A stretch of 64,000 nucleotides of DNA from a virus (taxonomy: Duplodnaviria > Caudoviricetes). The stretch's first letter is position 1; the number at the start of each line of letters is the position of its first letter. Below, piece after piece: positions 37,020-47,263 of this stretch. The DNA lies in IMG/VR virus record IMGVR_UViG_3300032233_001141, positions 4,634 to 68,633 of that record; one strand, 5' to 3'. Both the position numbers and the translations under genes were made by a program. The notes beneath the pieces are model-generated. The model was not told the DNA's origin. It saw only the letters and a program-made list of their open reading frames with translations, and ran no database searches.

Positions 37020-40000
37020 CAGAATGAAGCAACTATTCTACAATCTTGAATTTTAGGAACAAATACTGGTTGTGAACTTCTAAGAATAATCTTAATGGCA
37101 AAAGAAGAAAATTCTGGAAGATCACGAACACTAAATTTATACTCTTTATATGAAGATTGATTTTCTAAGTATCCAGATACGACATTATCACTGGATGGGA
37201 CAACTACAATATCTGGACTTCCATCTTGATTAAAATAATTCCAATCCAAATCATCAAAATTATATTGTGAACTTGCTAGTTTATACTTATAAAGAACTTT
37301 AATATCATCTTGTTCGAATAGATTAGCAGATAATCTCACATCAATACATGAGGAAGGATTTTCCAAAGAAATTTCTTTAGTTACATATTTGGCAATAGAA
37401 GAACTATTTTTCGAAGCACTTTCATTTACATATAAAACACCAGAAGAATAAGTTATAGATTTAATTTCTGCAAATGCTCTTTCCGATGAAGCTAAATTAT
37501 CATATGATAATAAATCACCAGATCTGAATATATCTGGTTGTTGTGCGCTAGTATTCCCAACAAACGAAATTCTGGCGTATGGTGTTACAGTTGCATCTGC
37601 AGTGAAGTTATTATTAATGGGGTTTTTGTTATTTGCAATTCTTAATTCTTTCTTCCTATCATCCCAAAGAACAACAGTACCACTAATAATGTTAGTATAT
37701 TTTTTAGTTAAATCACTCTTATCAAATGCAGTAATAGTTGAACCTTTATCAAAAGTAAATGGTACTTCTGTGATACCATTAGGTGACGAGAATACATTTG
37801 ATGGATATTGATTCAATCCAGAAATATCATCAAAGAGTAAAGTTTCATTTGCCTGGAAGATGGTATCAGTGAGCATCTTAATCCATAGAGTTGTTGTTGA
37901 TTTATCAACTTTCACAATGACACCTTTTGCTTTAGAACTATAACCAGTTACCGTTTTAATGTTAGTTGTGCTACCAACAATATTACTTTCGGAAATAGAC
38001 CCAAGACCAGTACCACTGTAAATAACTTTGTAAATAGGATACAATTTAATTATTTGATCTCTTCTTCCAAAACGAGATTCTACGCCACTTGATTTTTCTA
38101 CTTGATTGTGAACTAATTTAACGGAACTAGTTCTCAAATCAATTACTGGAGATAAGTAAGATTTATCTGAAGATAGTTGTAATTTATAGGATAAAGATTC
38201 TCCGTTAATAGATGTATTTTTTAATTCATTAACTCTAGAAGCAACTACTTTCTGATTATTAAAAATATGTTCTTGGTTTAAAAATGTTTTCTCGTAACCA
38301 TTATCAGATGTTGATTGGGAATACGAAGAATAAACAGTAGAAATATTATCAACAGGAACAATATTTGTAGTCTTAACGTATGCTTCAACTGAGGTCGAAG
38401 GTAATGATAAAATACCTACTTGAGTATATAATTTCTCAAATTTTCTATTGTATGATGCAAATACAGTAGTACCACCACCAATTTCATTTGAAGTTGCGCG
38501 AATTTCGGTATTGATGTGGTAATATTCTAGACCAGAGTTAATTACGGTGAATAGTTTATCGACGATTAGTTCTGATGCTAAACCACCAAAATTGTTTATA
38601 GATTTAAACGAAACATAAGAATCTCCACCATCTTCAAAACCATTATTGAGATGTCTTACTTTTACAATTTTATTATTGTTGCGGAACAAATCTGATGTAG
38701 CAGTTCCATCTGAAGTTGAATCTGTTTCAAATGGGTTTGCTTCGATAACCTCGTAACCAAGTGCTTCGTTTTTCAGATTAAGCACAGCAGTTCTAGAAGT
38801 ATCAAATTCTGCTCTAAACAGAGTAAACTTAATGTCCTCAAAAATATCTTCTGTCCAAGTATCTACGTTTTGTGATTTAAATACAGAACCAATAAGTGGT
38901 TGTGTAGTTACTGCTGCGTTTGTTATTTTTTCATTTTGACCTAATTTAGAAGACCAAATTTCATAATCAGTTGAATCTGATTCTACAGCAAAAGCATATT
39001 CACAGTCATTTTGTAGATAAACTGGATAATCAAATTTGAAGAATGTGGGAATAGTTGACTGTTCAGTGTCAGTATCTGTTGCTACTCCCATTCTAATTGC
39101 TGGAGTATCAATAGTAATGAATGATTTAATAGATGCTCCAGCTGGGGAAGAACCAGTTCCATTAATAATTACTGATGGTGCTTCAGTATACTCGGAACCA
39201 GTAATAGTTACTTCTGCATCATATACATTACCACTTGACACGTAAACGTTAGCAGCTGCTGTGATACCACCAAGAAGTTGGGGACTTTCGATGGTCAAGG
39301 TAGCAGTTTCATAACCAGAACCAACATTAGAAATTTCTAGTCCAGTCAGTCTGCCAGAATCTTTAGCGATTGTTACTTTAAGTGCAGTAGAAATTGTGGT
39401 ATTTTTGGCATTATATAGACTTAAACTATCAAAGAGTAAATCTTCATTTTGAACAAATAATTTGCCATTGTGATTGGAAAGAACAATAGTATAAATTTGA
39501 TCGTTTGATAAAGTATATTCGCCATTAATTGATGGGATTAGTTCAATTTTATTTTTATCTAAAACTGTTTTGATTGGACCAGATGCTTTTGAATTAGCGC
39601 CAGTAGCGAATTCTCCTCTAGTAATCTTTAAACTACCGTTTGTAAAGACTCTTAAATAGGTGTCTGACAATAGTGACTTTTCGGTTCCAGGAATAATATA
39701 TTTTCCTGGTTTGCCACTTTCTATGTTTGATAGATATACTCTAACAGGAATTGTAGAACTCTTCTTAGCAAAATACAAGTTAATTCCTGTTAAGAAAATA
39801 CCACCAGGGCTATTTTCAATCTTAAATGACTGTGATAAAGGATTTGGTTTGATTTTAGCACCATCAATTAATTGTATTCCTTCTTCCGATTTTAAAATAG
39901 CGGGAACAGTGGAAGTAATTGAAGATGGATTTTGTGGTAATGATCCAGCAACATGATAAACAATACTAGAGAAGGTATCTACATCAGAATTGGTACTTCC

Positions 40001-43000
40001 ATTAGTATCTGATGTAAACTTAATTGTCTTAGATCCAGTAATAAAATATAGTGGATCTCCATTAGAATCATAAGAAATATTTTTGATATCAGTAGGAACA
40101 GAAGATCCAGATACAGGTGGTAATCCAGATGGAATTAAGATTACACCACTAGCATTTCCATTTTCATCAGTAACAATACCACTACCAAAAGTGCTAATTG
40201 AGTTGCCAGCAATTCCAGTAAATCTGAAATCTTGAGCAACCCATCTATCGATATTTTTGCCATCAACAAAAACAAATAGTTTTGTTTTTGGTTTCATTCT
40301 AGTGAGAACAAACTTAACTAATCTTGATTCGCAGAAGAATTTAATATTAGAAATAACACTATTACCACCAACAGTAGATGAAGAAACGCCTTGCGCTAAT
40401 TCATTATTTTGTGGACTAATGTTTGAAGAACTTGCTACATTAGCAGTTACTGTAGTGGAAGATGATGAGAAATTAATATCATTTAACGGGGAAGTATTGA
40501 AGAAAGTTCTATTTGTTCCAATCCAGTTAATCGAGTAGTTATTGTAGATACTTGCCAGACCTTCTCTAGTATCTTCCTTAGCATAAAATACTGAAAATAC
40601 TTTCCCGTCATTATTTAAAATTGCTGGGAATTGCTTTTGATTAAACCACTGGTCTACTGGTGGATTTAGTTGTACATCTCCAACATATTGAACAACTACA
40701 AATGGATTGATGTTGATTGTTTTAGTAGCAAAAGAGCTACTGAGATATGAAATATTTGTGTATGGTAATGTTACAACACCATTTGAAATAGTGTAACCAT
40801 CTAATGTTCTTTCTTCGTTGCGGGTATTAATTTCTTTTAATCTTAGTGAAGACTCTAATGATCTTGGACGCAATACAGATTGTTGAGTATCAATCGCACA
40901 TTTATAATCAACGGAAATTAAATTGCCAATATTGTGTGATTCAAAATTATCTACAATAAACCCACTCTTGAATCTGTCAAGTCCAATTTCATCCTTTACT
41001 TGCATGTTGAGTGCTTGTTGCTCCAACATACTGAGTAATGTATATTTTTCTAATCTTTCAATACGCTTTTCTAATTTTCCGATATCACGCATGGTGTATC
41101 GCTTATTATCTACTGGAATGATATTTACATCATTAGCGGAGGCAGTAAATGCTGGTAGATAATAATAATAAATTGGAATGGCATCATCTAAATCTGTTGG
41201 TTTTGATGGGTTTAATGATGGATTACCTTTCTTAATTAGGAAGTCACCATTTTTATTTAAGAACAATCCATCAATTCTATCTAGATATTGTTGTAGATCA
41301 AAAGATAAACTATACTCTAAATTTTGATCTGAAGCAATAGTACCAGCAGTAATTCCTCCCGCTTTAGTAAAACTTGGTGGTGAAGAAAGAATGGATGTAT
41401 CCTGGTAACCGCCAATTGTGCAAGTAGAATCAACTTTTGCTCGGAAATCAATTACATCTTTTAGTGATACTTTACCATATACAGTTGAGTTGAAGTTGGG
41501 GACATCATCTTCAGAAACTCCAGCTTCGTGTAAATACGAGTCAATTGTGCAAAAATCTCCTTGGGAATGTTCAAAATAATCAAATCCAATTAATAATTGA
41601 CCAGTTGGTGGTTCGTATCCTGGTTTTAAAACAATTCTTGCTACGTCGTAGAAAGTATCTCTTTGTCCATCATCAAACGTAAATCTGTCGGTAACGTCGT
41701 TACCAGATAACAGAGTGCCATTAACATCTGCTACGGGAGCAACCGATGTGCTGCCCTCGTAAACATACTTAAATTTATAAACATCAGAGTAGGATAATAC
41801 TTCGGATGAATTTGTATCATAATCAACTCCTCTGAAAGGAATTACTCTATCTCCAGGAGAAGAAATTACAATTCTCTTGTTTGTATATGATGTTTTTAAA
41901 CGTGGTTTTGCCTTACTTACTTCTACGGTGGCTGTTAATTTAATCTTAAAGTTGTCATAACTATTGATAGTTCCGAAAAAGTTAGAAGGAAGATTTACGG
42001 TTACGCTACCAGCAGTTAATCCAGTTGCAGTATCTGAAGAATTGGTAATTGTTACTTGATCTTCGGACAGATATAAAATATCTCCCTTGTCCACCGAAGT
42101 GTTTGGGTTACTTTCTTTATCTGGATCAAGAATAGTTATTAGGAAATTCTTTTCAGTGAAAGCTACAAATCTTTGAGTACCATAAGGAAGTTGAGCTGCA
42201 AAAGTGATATTACCACCGCTGCTTGTGATTTTTGTGATAAAATCTCTTCTCAAATAATAAGTAATTTTTGAGTTTTCTGGAGAAGATACAACTGAATTTA
42301 AATATTTTGCTCCTGTTGGAATAATCAAAGAAGAAGAAGTAGAATTTTCTATCTTAGCTCTTAATCTAATAATGTTAGTATTTACCACATCTTTCTTTAA
42401 AGCAGAATCAAGATAAATTCTTGCTTTCAATAAACCTTGGGGTTGAGTGACATATTGAATAACAGTTCTCTCAACAGTGTTATCACTATAAACAAATTGT
42501 ATAACATCTCCTTGTACTAAATCGGGAGAAGGATCACCAGAGAATCCATTACACTCAACAAATTTATATCCTCTGGTTCCAGAGAAAGTAAAATCGGTAA
42601 GTGTCTTGTTGCTTAAGTAAGAATTATTAAAAGATTCAACATCCGCAGTGAAAATATACTTAGAATTTGCCCCAAACTGCGAGAACATTGATTTTACATT
42701 TTGTGGTCCATAAGTAACCACGGTATTCTTATAAAGAACGGGGAAAATAAATGCCCCAGTTCCAACTGTAGCAGTAACTGAAGGAACTGAATTATATGAT
42801 TCAGAAACTAAATCTCTATCAGCAACTTCTATTTTATAAATTGAACTGCCAATTAAATTAATTTTAACAGCAGCACTTTCATATCCAACTCCATTAATCA
42901 GCACCTTACTGATGATTGAGTTATCTCCTGAAGAAGTAGTAGTGTAACCAGTTCCTTTGTTGTAGACTACAAAATGAGAAATTGTGTTTTCTCTAGCAAT

Positions 43001-45403
43001 TCTTCTTGAGTTGCCGTCTTCATCTACAATAGTTTCTCCTGGTTTAAATTCTCCAGATAAAGTGCGTACAAATAAAGTATTTCCAGTTGAATAATACCCA
43101 CCAGACAAACCTTCAACTACACCGTAAGCACCACTTGTTAATCCAACAACATACTTTCCAATATAAAAAGAGGTACTATCTAAATCTTTATCAACGATAA
43201 TTTTGGTAAAGAAAATTGGATTGAAATACGAAAGATTGAAAATAGCATTATATGGTCCTGAATCCAGAACGGATGTTAAAATTGCTCCAGATCCGTTCCC
43301 TCCAGATATTGTTACAGTCGGAGCAGTAGTGTATCCAGAACCAAAATTTGTTATCTTAATAGAAGAGATTGAACCACCACTAATAGTAGCAGTTGCTGTT
43401 GCTGTGGTGCCGCTAGGAGGCGCTGAAAGGGTTACTGAAGGAACTGAGGTATATCCAGTACCCCCAGAGTTAATAACTACACGTTGAACGGATGAAGCAC
43501 CAGAACCTCTACCTTTTGATAATATAATATCCGTATCTGTATTAAATCCAGAACCCTTTTCTACCAAAGTAAAATTCTTTGGTTTACAAATACCAATAAT
43601 TGGAGTGATACTTTCATTATAATCAACAATTTGACCATATGGAGCTGGTTGACCATCAGCATAATAAAAATCATCTGATAAAGTTTTAGTAGCAAAAATA
43701 AATCTTACTTTAGATCCATTATCTTCATCATAATCTGTTAGTAAATTTAAATAAGATTTGTTGCCTAGTACAGTGTACTCTACATAATTTGCGGTTGGAT
43801 CCGATCCAATTTCTGGTCTTTTTACAATATTATACGCAAGAATTTCTACAGATTCTGATACTACAGTTGCAGCAGAATTTCCTTTTTGTATAATAAACCA
43901 CAATTTAGTTCCCAAAATAGAATCCGATGGATAAGTTGGATTATCTCCACCTAATTTTAGGTAAATTGTTCTGATTGCTTGATCTGTTGTGTATTTTAAT
44001 CCCCTGCGATTAAATTTGGTTGTTATATTATTAAAACCAATTTTTCCATCATTAAAAATAGAATTTAAATAGATATCTGGATATCCGTTCAAATCTTCTC
44101 CTTCTGCATTTAAAGGAACACTATTGTATGTGTTTGAAATATTAAATCCAGATAATTGAGATACTTTAATTCTGTTATTTTCTTTTTTAAAAGTATCTCT
44201 AGCTTTTTCTATGGTCTGATATGTAATGTCTTTTTTTACAATTTCATAACCTTTTACATATGCTTTTCCTGGACCAATTCCAGCAATCATTAACCCCCTA
44301 GCAGCATCTTCTTCCGTGCCGTTAACGAGATTTGTATCTGGATCTAACGCATATGTTCCTCTATTATCATTTCTGAGATAATACTCTCTCAAATCAATTG
44401 AAAAATCATTGACTACATAATCACCAGATTCATCGTAAGTTCTTCTTGCTAAAGTTTCTTCAATTAAATTGTATGATTCTGATTTAATTAATTTTTGGAT
44501 AGCACCATTTTTGATGGTAACTAATTGTATAAATTCTGATGATGTTGTAGCATCATATTCATAAACTGATAAAATTAAATTTATTTTTAGACGATGTGCC
44601 CCAGGTGCCGAAAAATTAGAAAACCCCCTAGCGTTGTCGTATAGTGTGTTATCTTCTTCAGGTGTAACAATTTCTTCTTTTACTTCAAATCCAACTTTTA
44701 CTGATGGTTTGTTGTAATACTTATCAACAACAATAATTTGCTTGGCATTATTTACAAAATATCCATTAACAAAGTAAACACCTTCTTCTACCTGTACGGC
44801 AGAAGCATACCCCATAGCAGGACTATCTGTGGTAACTATTTTTTTAGTATCATAATCAATTACATCAATGGTTGCTGGTAAAACGCTACCATCTGTTCCT
44901 ACAATCAATAAAGGACTATCAGCAATATCTAATACTTCTAAAGTTTCGCCTTGTCTAAAATTAAATTCTTCGTTGGTGTTACCGCTATTGGTATACTTAA
45001 CAAACAATACGTCAGATTCTGTTTCGCTACCATAAGCATACGAAACAACAGTTGCTGTTACCCCAGAAGATAACCCAGATAAAATAGTCCCTACTAAATT
45101 TTTAATATCGTATTTTTGAAATACAATATTTCCATTCACATTGACTGCTACTTCAGATACAGAAGATAATTTAACATAATTTAATTTGTTATTGAAAGAG
45201 ACTTCACCAGGGACAACTTGTTGCCCCTGTTTATATTGGCTCTTACCAAAATTCTCAATTTGATTCTGTAGTACAGATTGGAGAGTGGTTAACTCTCTAC
45301 TTTGAATAGAATATCCAGGTCTAAAAAGAACTTTATAATATCCCTTCGAAGCATTAAAATCGTCATTATATGGCGTTGAATTAAGATTAATCTTCTGGGG
45401 CAT
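37019..45403 (-). CDS. VrlC-like / DUF4815-type large baseplate protein
   Basis: 2794 aa; NLNSTPYNDDF...YYKVLFRPGYSIQSRELTTLQSVLQNQIE, LARRTYDESGDY, YTMRDIGKLEKRIERLEKYTLLS...DRFKSGFIVDNF. Confidence 0.85.
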   Translation of the reverse strand: MPQKINLNSTPYNDDFNASKGYYKVLFRPGYSIQSRELTTLQSVLQNQIENFGKSQYKQGQQVVPGEVSFNNKLNYVKLSSVSEVAVNVNGNIVFQKYDIKNLVGTILSGLSSGVTATVVSYAYGSETESDVLFVKYTNSGNTNEEFNFRQGETLEVLDIADSPLLIVGTDGSVLPATIDVIDYDTKKIVTTDSPAMGYASAVQVEEGVYFVNGYFVNNAKQIIVVDKYYNKPSVKVGFEVKEEIVTPEEDNTLYDNARGFSNFSAPGAHRLKINLILSVYEYDATTSSEFIQLVTIKNGAIQKLIKSESYNLIEETLARRTYDESGDYVVNDFSIDLREYYLRNDNRGTYALDPDTNLVNGTEEDAARGLMIAGIGPGKAYVKGYEIVKKDITYQTIEKARDTFKKENNRIKVSQLSGFNISNTYNSVPLNAEGEDLNGYPDIYLNSIFNDGKIGFNNITTKFNRRGLKYTTDQAIRTIYLKLGGDNPTYPSDSILGTKLWFIIQKGNSAATVVSESVEILAYNIVKRPEIGSDPTANYVEYTVLGNKSYLNLLTDYDEDNGSKVRFIFATKTLSDDFYYADGQPAPYGQIVDYNESITPIIGICKPKNFTLVEKGSGFNTDTDIILSKGRGSGASSVQRVVINSGGTGYTSVPSVTLSAPPSGTTATATATISGGSISSIKITNFGSGYTTAPTVTISGGNGSGAILTSVLDSGPYNAIFNLSYFNPIFFTKIIVDKDLDSTSFYIGKYVVGLTSGAYGVVEGLSGGYYSTGNTLFVRTLSGEFKPGETIVDEDGNSRRIARENTISHFVVYNKGTGYTTTSSGDNSIISKVLINGVGYESAAVKINLIGSSIYKIEVADRDLVSESYNSVPSVTATVGTGAFIFPVLYKNTVVTYGPQNVKSMFSQFGANSKYIFTADVESFNNSYLSNKTLTDFTFSGTRGYKFVECNGFSGDPSPDLVQGDVIQFVYSDNTVERTVIQYVTQPQGLLKARIYLDSALKKDVVNTNIIRLRAKIENSTSSSLIIPTGAKYLNSVVSSPENSKITYYLRRDFITKITSSGGNITFAAQLPYGTQRFVAFTEKNFLITILDPDKESNPNTSVDKGDILYLSEDQVTITNSSDTATGLTAGSVTVNLPSNFFGTINSYDNFKIKLTATVEVSKAKPRLKTSYTNKRIVISSPGDRVIPFRGVDYDTNSSEVLSYSDVYKFKYVYEGSTSVAPVADVNGTLLSGNDVTDRFTFDDGQRDTFYDVARIVLKPGYEPPTGQLLIGFDYFEHSQGDFCTIDSYLHEAGVSEDDVPNFNSTVYGKVSLKDVIDFRAKVDSTCTIGGYQDTSILSSPPSFTKAGGITAGTIASDQNLEYSLSFDLQQYLDRIDGLFLNKNGDFLIKKGNPSLNPSKPTDLDDAIPIYYYYLPAFTASANDVNIIPVDNKRYTMRDIGKLEKRIERLEKYTLLSMLEQQALNMQVKDEIGLDRFKSGFIVDNFESHNIGNLISVDYKCAIDTQQSVLRPRSLESSLRLKEINTRNEERTLDGYTISNGVVTLPYTNISYLSSSFATKTININPFVVVQYVGDVQLNPPVDQWFNQKQFPAILNNDGKVFSVFYAKEDTREGLASIYNNYSINWIGTNRTFFNTSPLNDINFSSSSTTVTANVASSSNISPQNNELAQGVSSSTVGGNSVISNIKFFCESRLVKFVLTRMKPKTKLFVFVDGKNIDRWVAQDFRFTGIAGNSISTFGSGIVTDENGNASGVILIPSGLPPVSGSSVPTDIKNISYDSNGDPLYFITGSKTIKFTSDTNGSTNSDVDTFSSIVYHVAGSLPQNPSSITSTVPAILKSEEGIQLIDGAKIKPNPLSQSFKIENSPGGIFLTGINLYFAKKSSTIPVRVYLSNIESGKPGKYIIPGTEKSLLSDTYLRVFTNGSLKITRGEFATGANSKASGPIKTVLDKNKIELIPSINGEYTLSNDQIYTIVLSNHNGKLFVQNEDLLFDSLSLYNAKNTTISTALKVTIAKDSGRLTGLEISNVGSGYETATLTIESPQLLGGITAAANVYVSSGNVYDAEVTITGSEYTEAPSVIINGTGSSPAGASIKSFITIDTPAIRMGVATDTDTEQSTIPTFFKFDYPVYLQNDCEYAFAVESDSTDYEIWSSKLGQNEKITNAAVTTQPLIGSVFKSQNVDTWTEDIFEDIKFTLFRAEFDTSRTAVLNLKNEALGYEVIEANPFETDSTSDGTATSDLFRNNNKIVKVRHLNNGFEDGGDSYVSFKSINNFGGLASELIVDKLFTVINSGLEYYHINTEIRATSNEIGGGTTVFASYNRKFEKLYTQVGILSLPSTSVEAYVKTTNIVPVDNISTVYSSYSQSTSDNGYEKTFLNQEHIFNNQKVVASRVNELKNTSINGESLSYKLQLSSDKSYLSPVIDLRTSSVKLVHNQVEKSSGVESRFGRRDQIIKLYPIYKVIYSGTGLGSISESNIVGSTTNIKTVTGYSSKAKGVIVKVDKSTTTLWIKMLTDTIFQANETLLFDDISGLNQYPSNVFSSPNGITEVPFTFDKGSTITAFDKSDLTKKYTNIISGTVVLWDDRKKELRIANNKNPINNNFTADATVTPYARISFVGNTSAQQPDIFRSGDLLSYDNLASSERAFAEIKSITYSSGVLYVNESASKNSSSIAKYVTKEISLENPSSCIDVRLSANLFEQDDIKVLYKYKLASSQYNFDDLDWNYFNQDGSPDIVVVPSSDNVVSGYLENQSSYKEYKFSVRDLPEFSSFAIKIILRSSQPVFVPKIQDCRIVASF

Positions 45404-45450
45404 TTTTAACTCATCGTGATAGTATTGGTTGTCTTAAAAAAATAATCAAA

Positions 45451-47217
45451 TCAGAATTCGATAACTAATTTAATATCTTCAATTTGGTCAGCAGCTCTTG
45501 TGATGAGTCTTCTGTTTTCAATATAAATTAATTCGCCAGAATTAAATTTAACTTCTGGTAGTGCTAAACCACCGTTCGCTGGGTTGGTTGAATCAACACC
45601 AGTAGCAAATGTAGAACCAAGAAGTGCTCCAGTAAATGCTACTTGAACAGTACCAGAAATACCAGAAGAAGCGCCAATGATTGGTTGGGAAGCAGTTGCT
45701 TTAAATGGAACAACAGCACCGTTATGAGTATGTACTTCTGGGATTTGAACATACTTTAGAACACCAGCAGTTGTGCTAGCATTATCAAGAGTATAAGAAA
45801 CAACTTTACCTTTTGAAATTACACCAGAAATTGTTTGTGTGATTTCTTCGTCAGGAACAAAGTTTCCAGATGCTCCTGTAATTTTAATAGCGTATAAAGC
45901 AGTTCCAGTATCGCTTGAGAAGAAGTTTGTTGAACCAAACTGCTGTGGATCTTGGAGAATACCAATTCTACGGAAATCGTTATCAACAGGGAAATCACCA
46001 GAACCTTCTGCATATGTTAGACGAATGTTCGTCATAATACGCTTGGAATTTAGTTCCATGACTGGATCTGCGCCATATCCACCTTGAGGAGGGATTACGA
46101 CTTCTACAGATCCTCTAGCAGTAGCACCGACTGTAGTTGGTGTAGTTAAAGCAGCAGATGTGAATAAAAATCCATTTTTTAAAATAACATTGCCATAAGT
46201 ATACCCAGTTCCCGCAGCATTTACAGAAACTGCAGTGATAACTCCACCAGCACTTGTAGTAATTTGAACTTTACCACCAGTACCATCACCTTGAATAGCT
46301 GCAAACATAGTGGTGCTTACTGGTAAGTTAGCGCCAGGATCTCTCAAAAGAACCGTTTGAATTGCTCCATCAACTGCACCAGATTGAACAGTGGAGTTCA
46401 ATACAACTGGCATAAAATCTGATGACAAGAATTTAATTACATCATCGGTTGGGATGGTATACATGTATTTCCATCTATAATTACCAGATGGTTCGCTATA
46501 AATTCCACTAGCATAAGTTCCTTCGCCACCAGCTGGTGTTGTAGTTGGAACATATGTTGATGGTACGCCACTTGTGTTAGTTGAACTCGTGCCATTATAG
46601 AGACAAGTGAAAACTTCATATGAACTGTTCAACACAGCATATTTGGCGTCAGTAGATGCAAGTGATGCCTGACCTGTAGCAGTAGGTCTTTGAGAGTTGT
46701 AATCAGCTCTCCACATATCATATGTAACACTTGTTGCCCAGTTTACACGACGAATAACATGTCTTGCGTTGGCAGCATTAATTCTTTTGTATGCAATCAT
46801 TTCATCGTAAAGATGAAACTTCTCTTCTTGGTTATCGTGATCAGCGAGAGCAGGAGCAACTTCTTCTGTAGCGAAACGATAAACTCCAGATTTGGCGGTA
46901 GCTGTAGATGTTCCACCAGTTATTGTGGTGCCAACAGGAATTGTTGCTGTTGGTGAAACACCAGTTAATAATAGACTATTTGGGTATACTTCGGAAACAG
47001 TACCAGTGAATGCGCCACCAGTAACTGTTTCACCAACACTGAAGTTGGTTGAACTTACGTTGTAAATTTCTAAATATGTTTTCCAAGCTTGGGGTCTACC
47101 AACAAAGAAATACATTCTTGAACGGGTTGCGTCAGAATCGCCCGTACCTTCTGAAAGAGATTCCAGAAATTGTTTGGCGTTAAAAATTCTGAACTTTTCA
47201 GAAATGATTGCGGGCAT
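45451..47217 (-). CDS. gp8: Baseplate wedge protein
   Basis: MPAIISEKFRIFNAKQF, YRWKYMYTIP, PQGGYGADPVMEL and GELIYIENRRLITRAADQIEDIKLVIEF. Confidence 0.9.
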   Translation of the reverse strand: MPAIISEKFRIFNAKQFLESLSEGTGDSDATRSRMYFFVGRPQAWKTYLEIYNVSSTNFSVGETVTGGAFTGTVSEVYPNSLLLTGVSPTATIPVGTTITGGTSTATAKSGVYRFATEEVAPALADHDNQEEKFHLYDEMIAYKRINAANARHVIRRVNWATSVTYDMWRADYNSQRPTATGQASLASTDAKYAVLNSSYEVFTCLYNGTSSTNTSGVPSTYVPTTTPAGGEGTYASGIYSEPSGNYRWKYMYTIPTDDVIKFLSSDFMPVVLNSTVQSGAVDGAIQTVLLRDPGANLPVSTTMFAAIQGDGTGGKVQITTSAGGVITAVSVNAAGTGYTYGNVILKNGFLFTSAALTTPTTVGATARGSVEVVIPPQGGYGADPVMELNSKRIMTNIRLTYAEGSGDFPVDNDFRRIGILQDPQQFGSTNFFSSDTGTALYAIKITGASGNFVPDEEITQTISGVISKGKVVSYTLDNASTTAGVLKYVQIPEVHTHNGAVVPFKATASQPIIGASSGISGTVQVAFTGALLGSTFATGVDSTNPANGGLALPEVKFNSGELIYIENRRLITRAADQIEDIKLVIEF

Positions 47218-47245
47218 GTTTTTGTCTCTCTATAAAACGCTATTT

Positions 47246-47259
47246 TATTTATATTTATA
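47246..47259 (-). promoter_or_regulatory. Two overlapping TATAAATA late promoters upstream of gp8
   Basis: Plus strand tatttatatttata contains tatttata at 47246 and 47252. Confidence 0.75.
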
Positions 47260-47263
47260 CAGT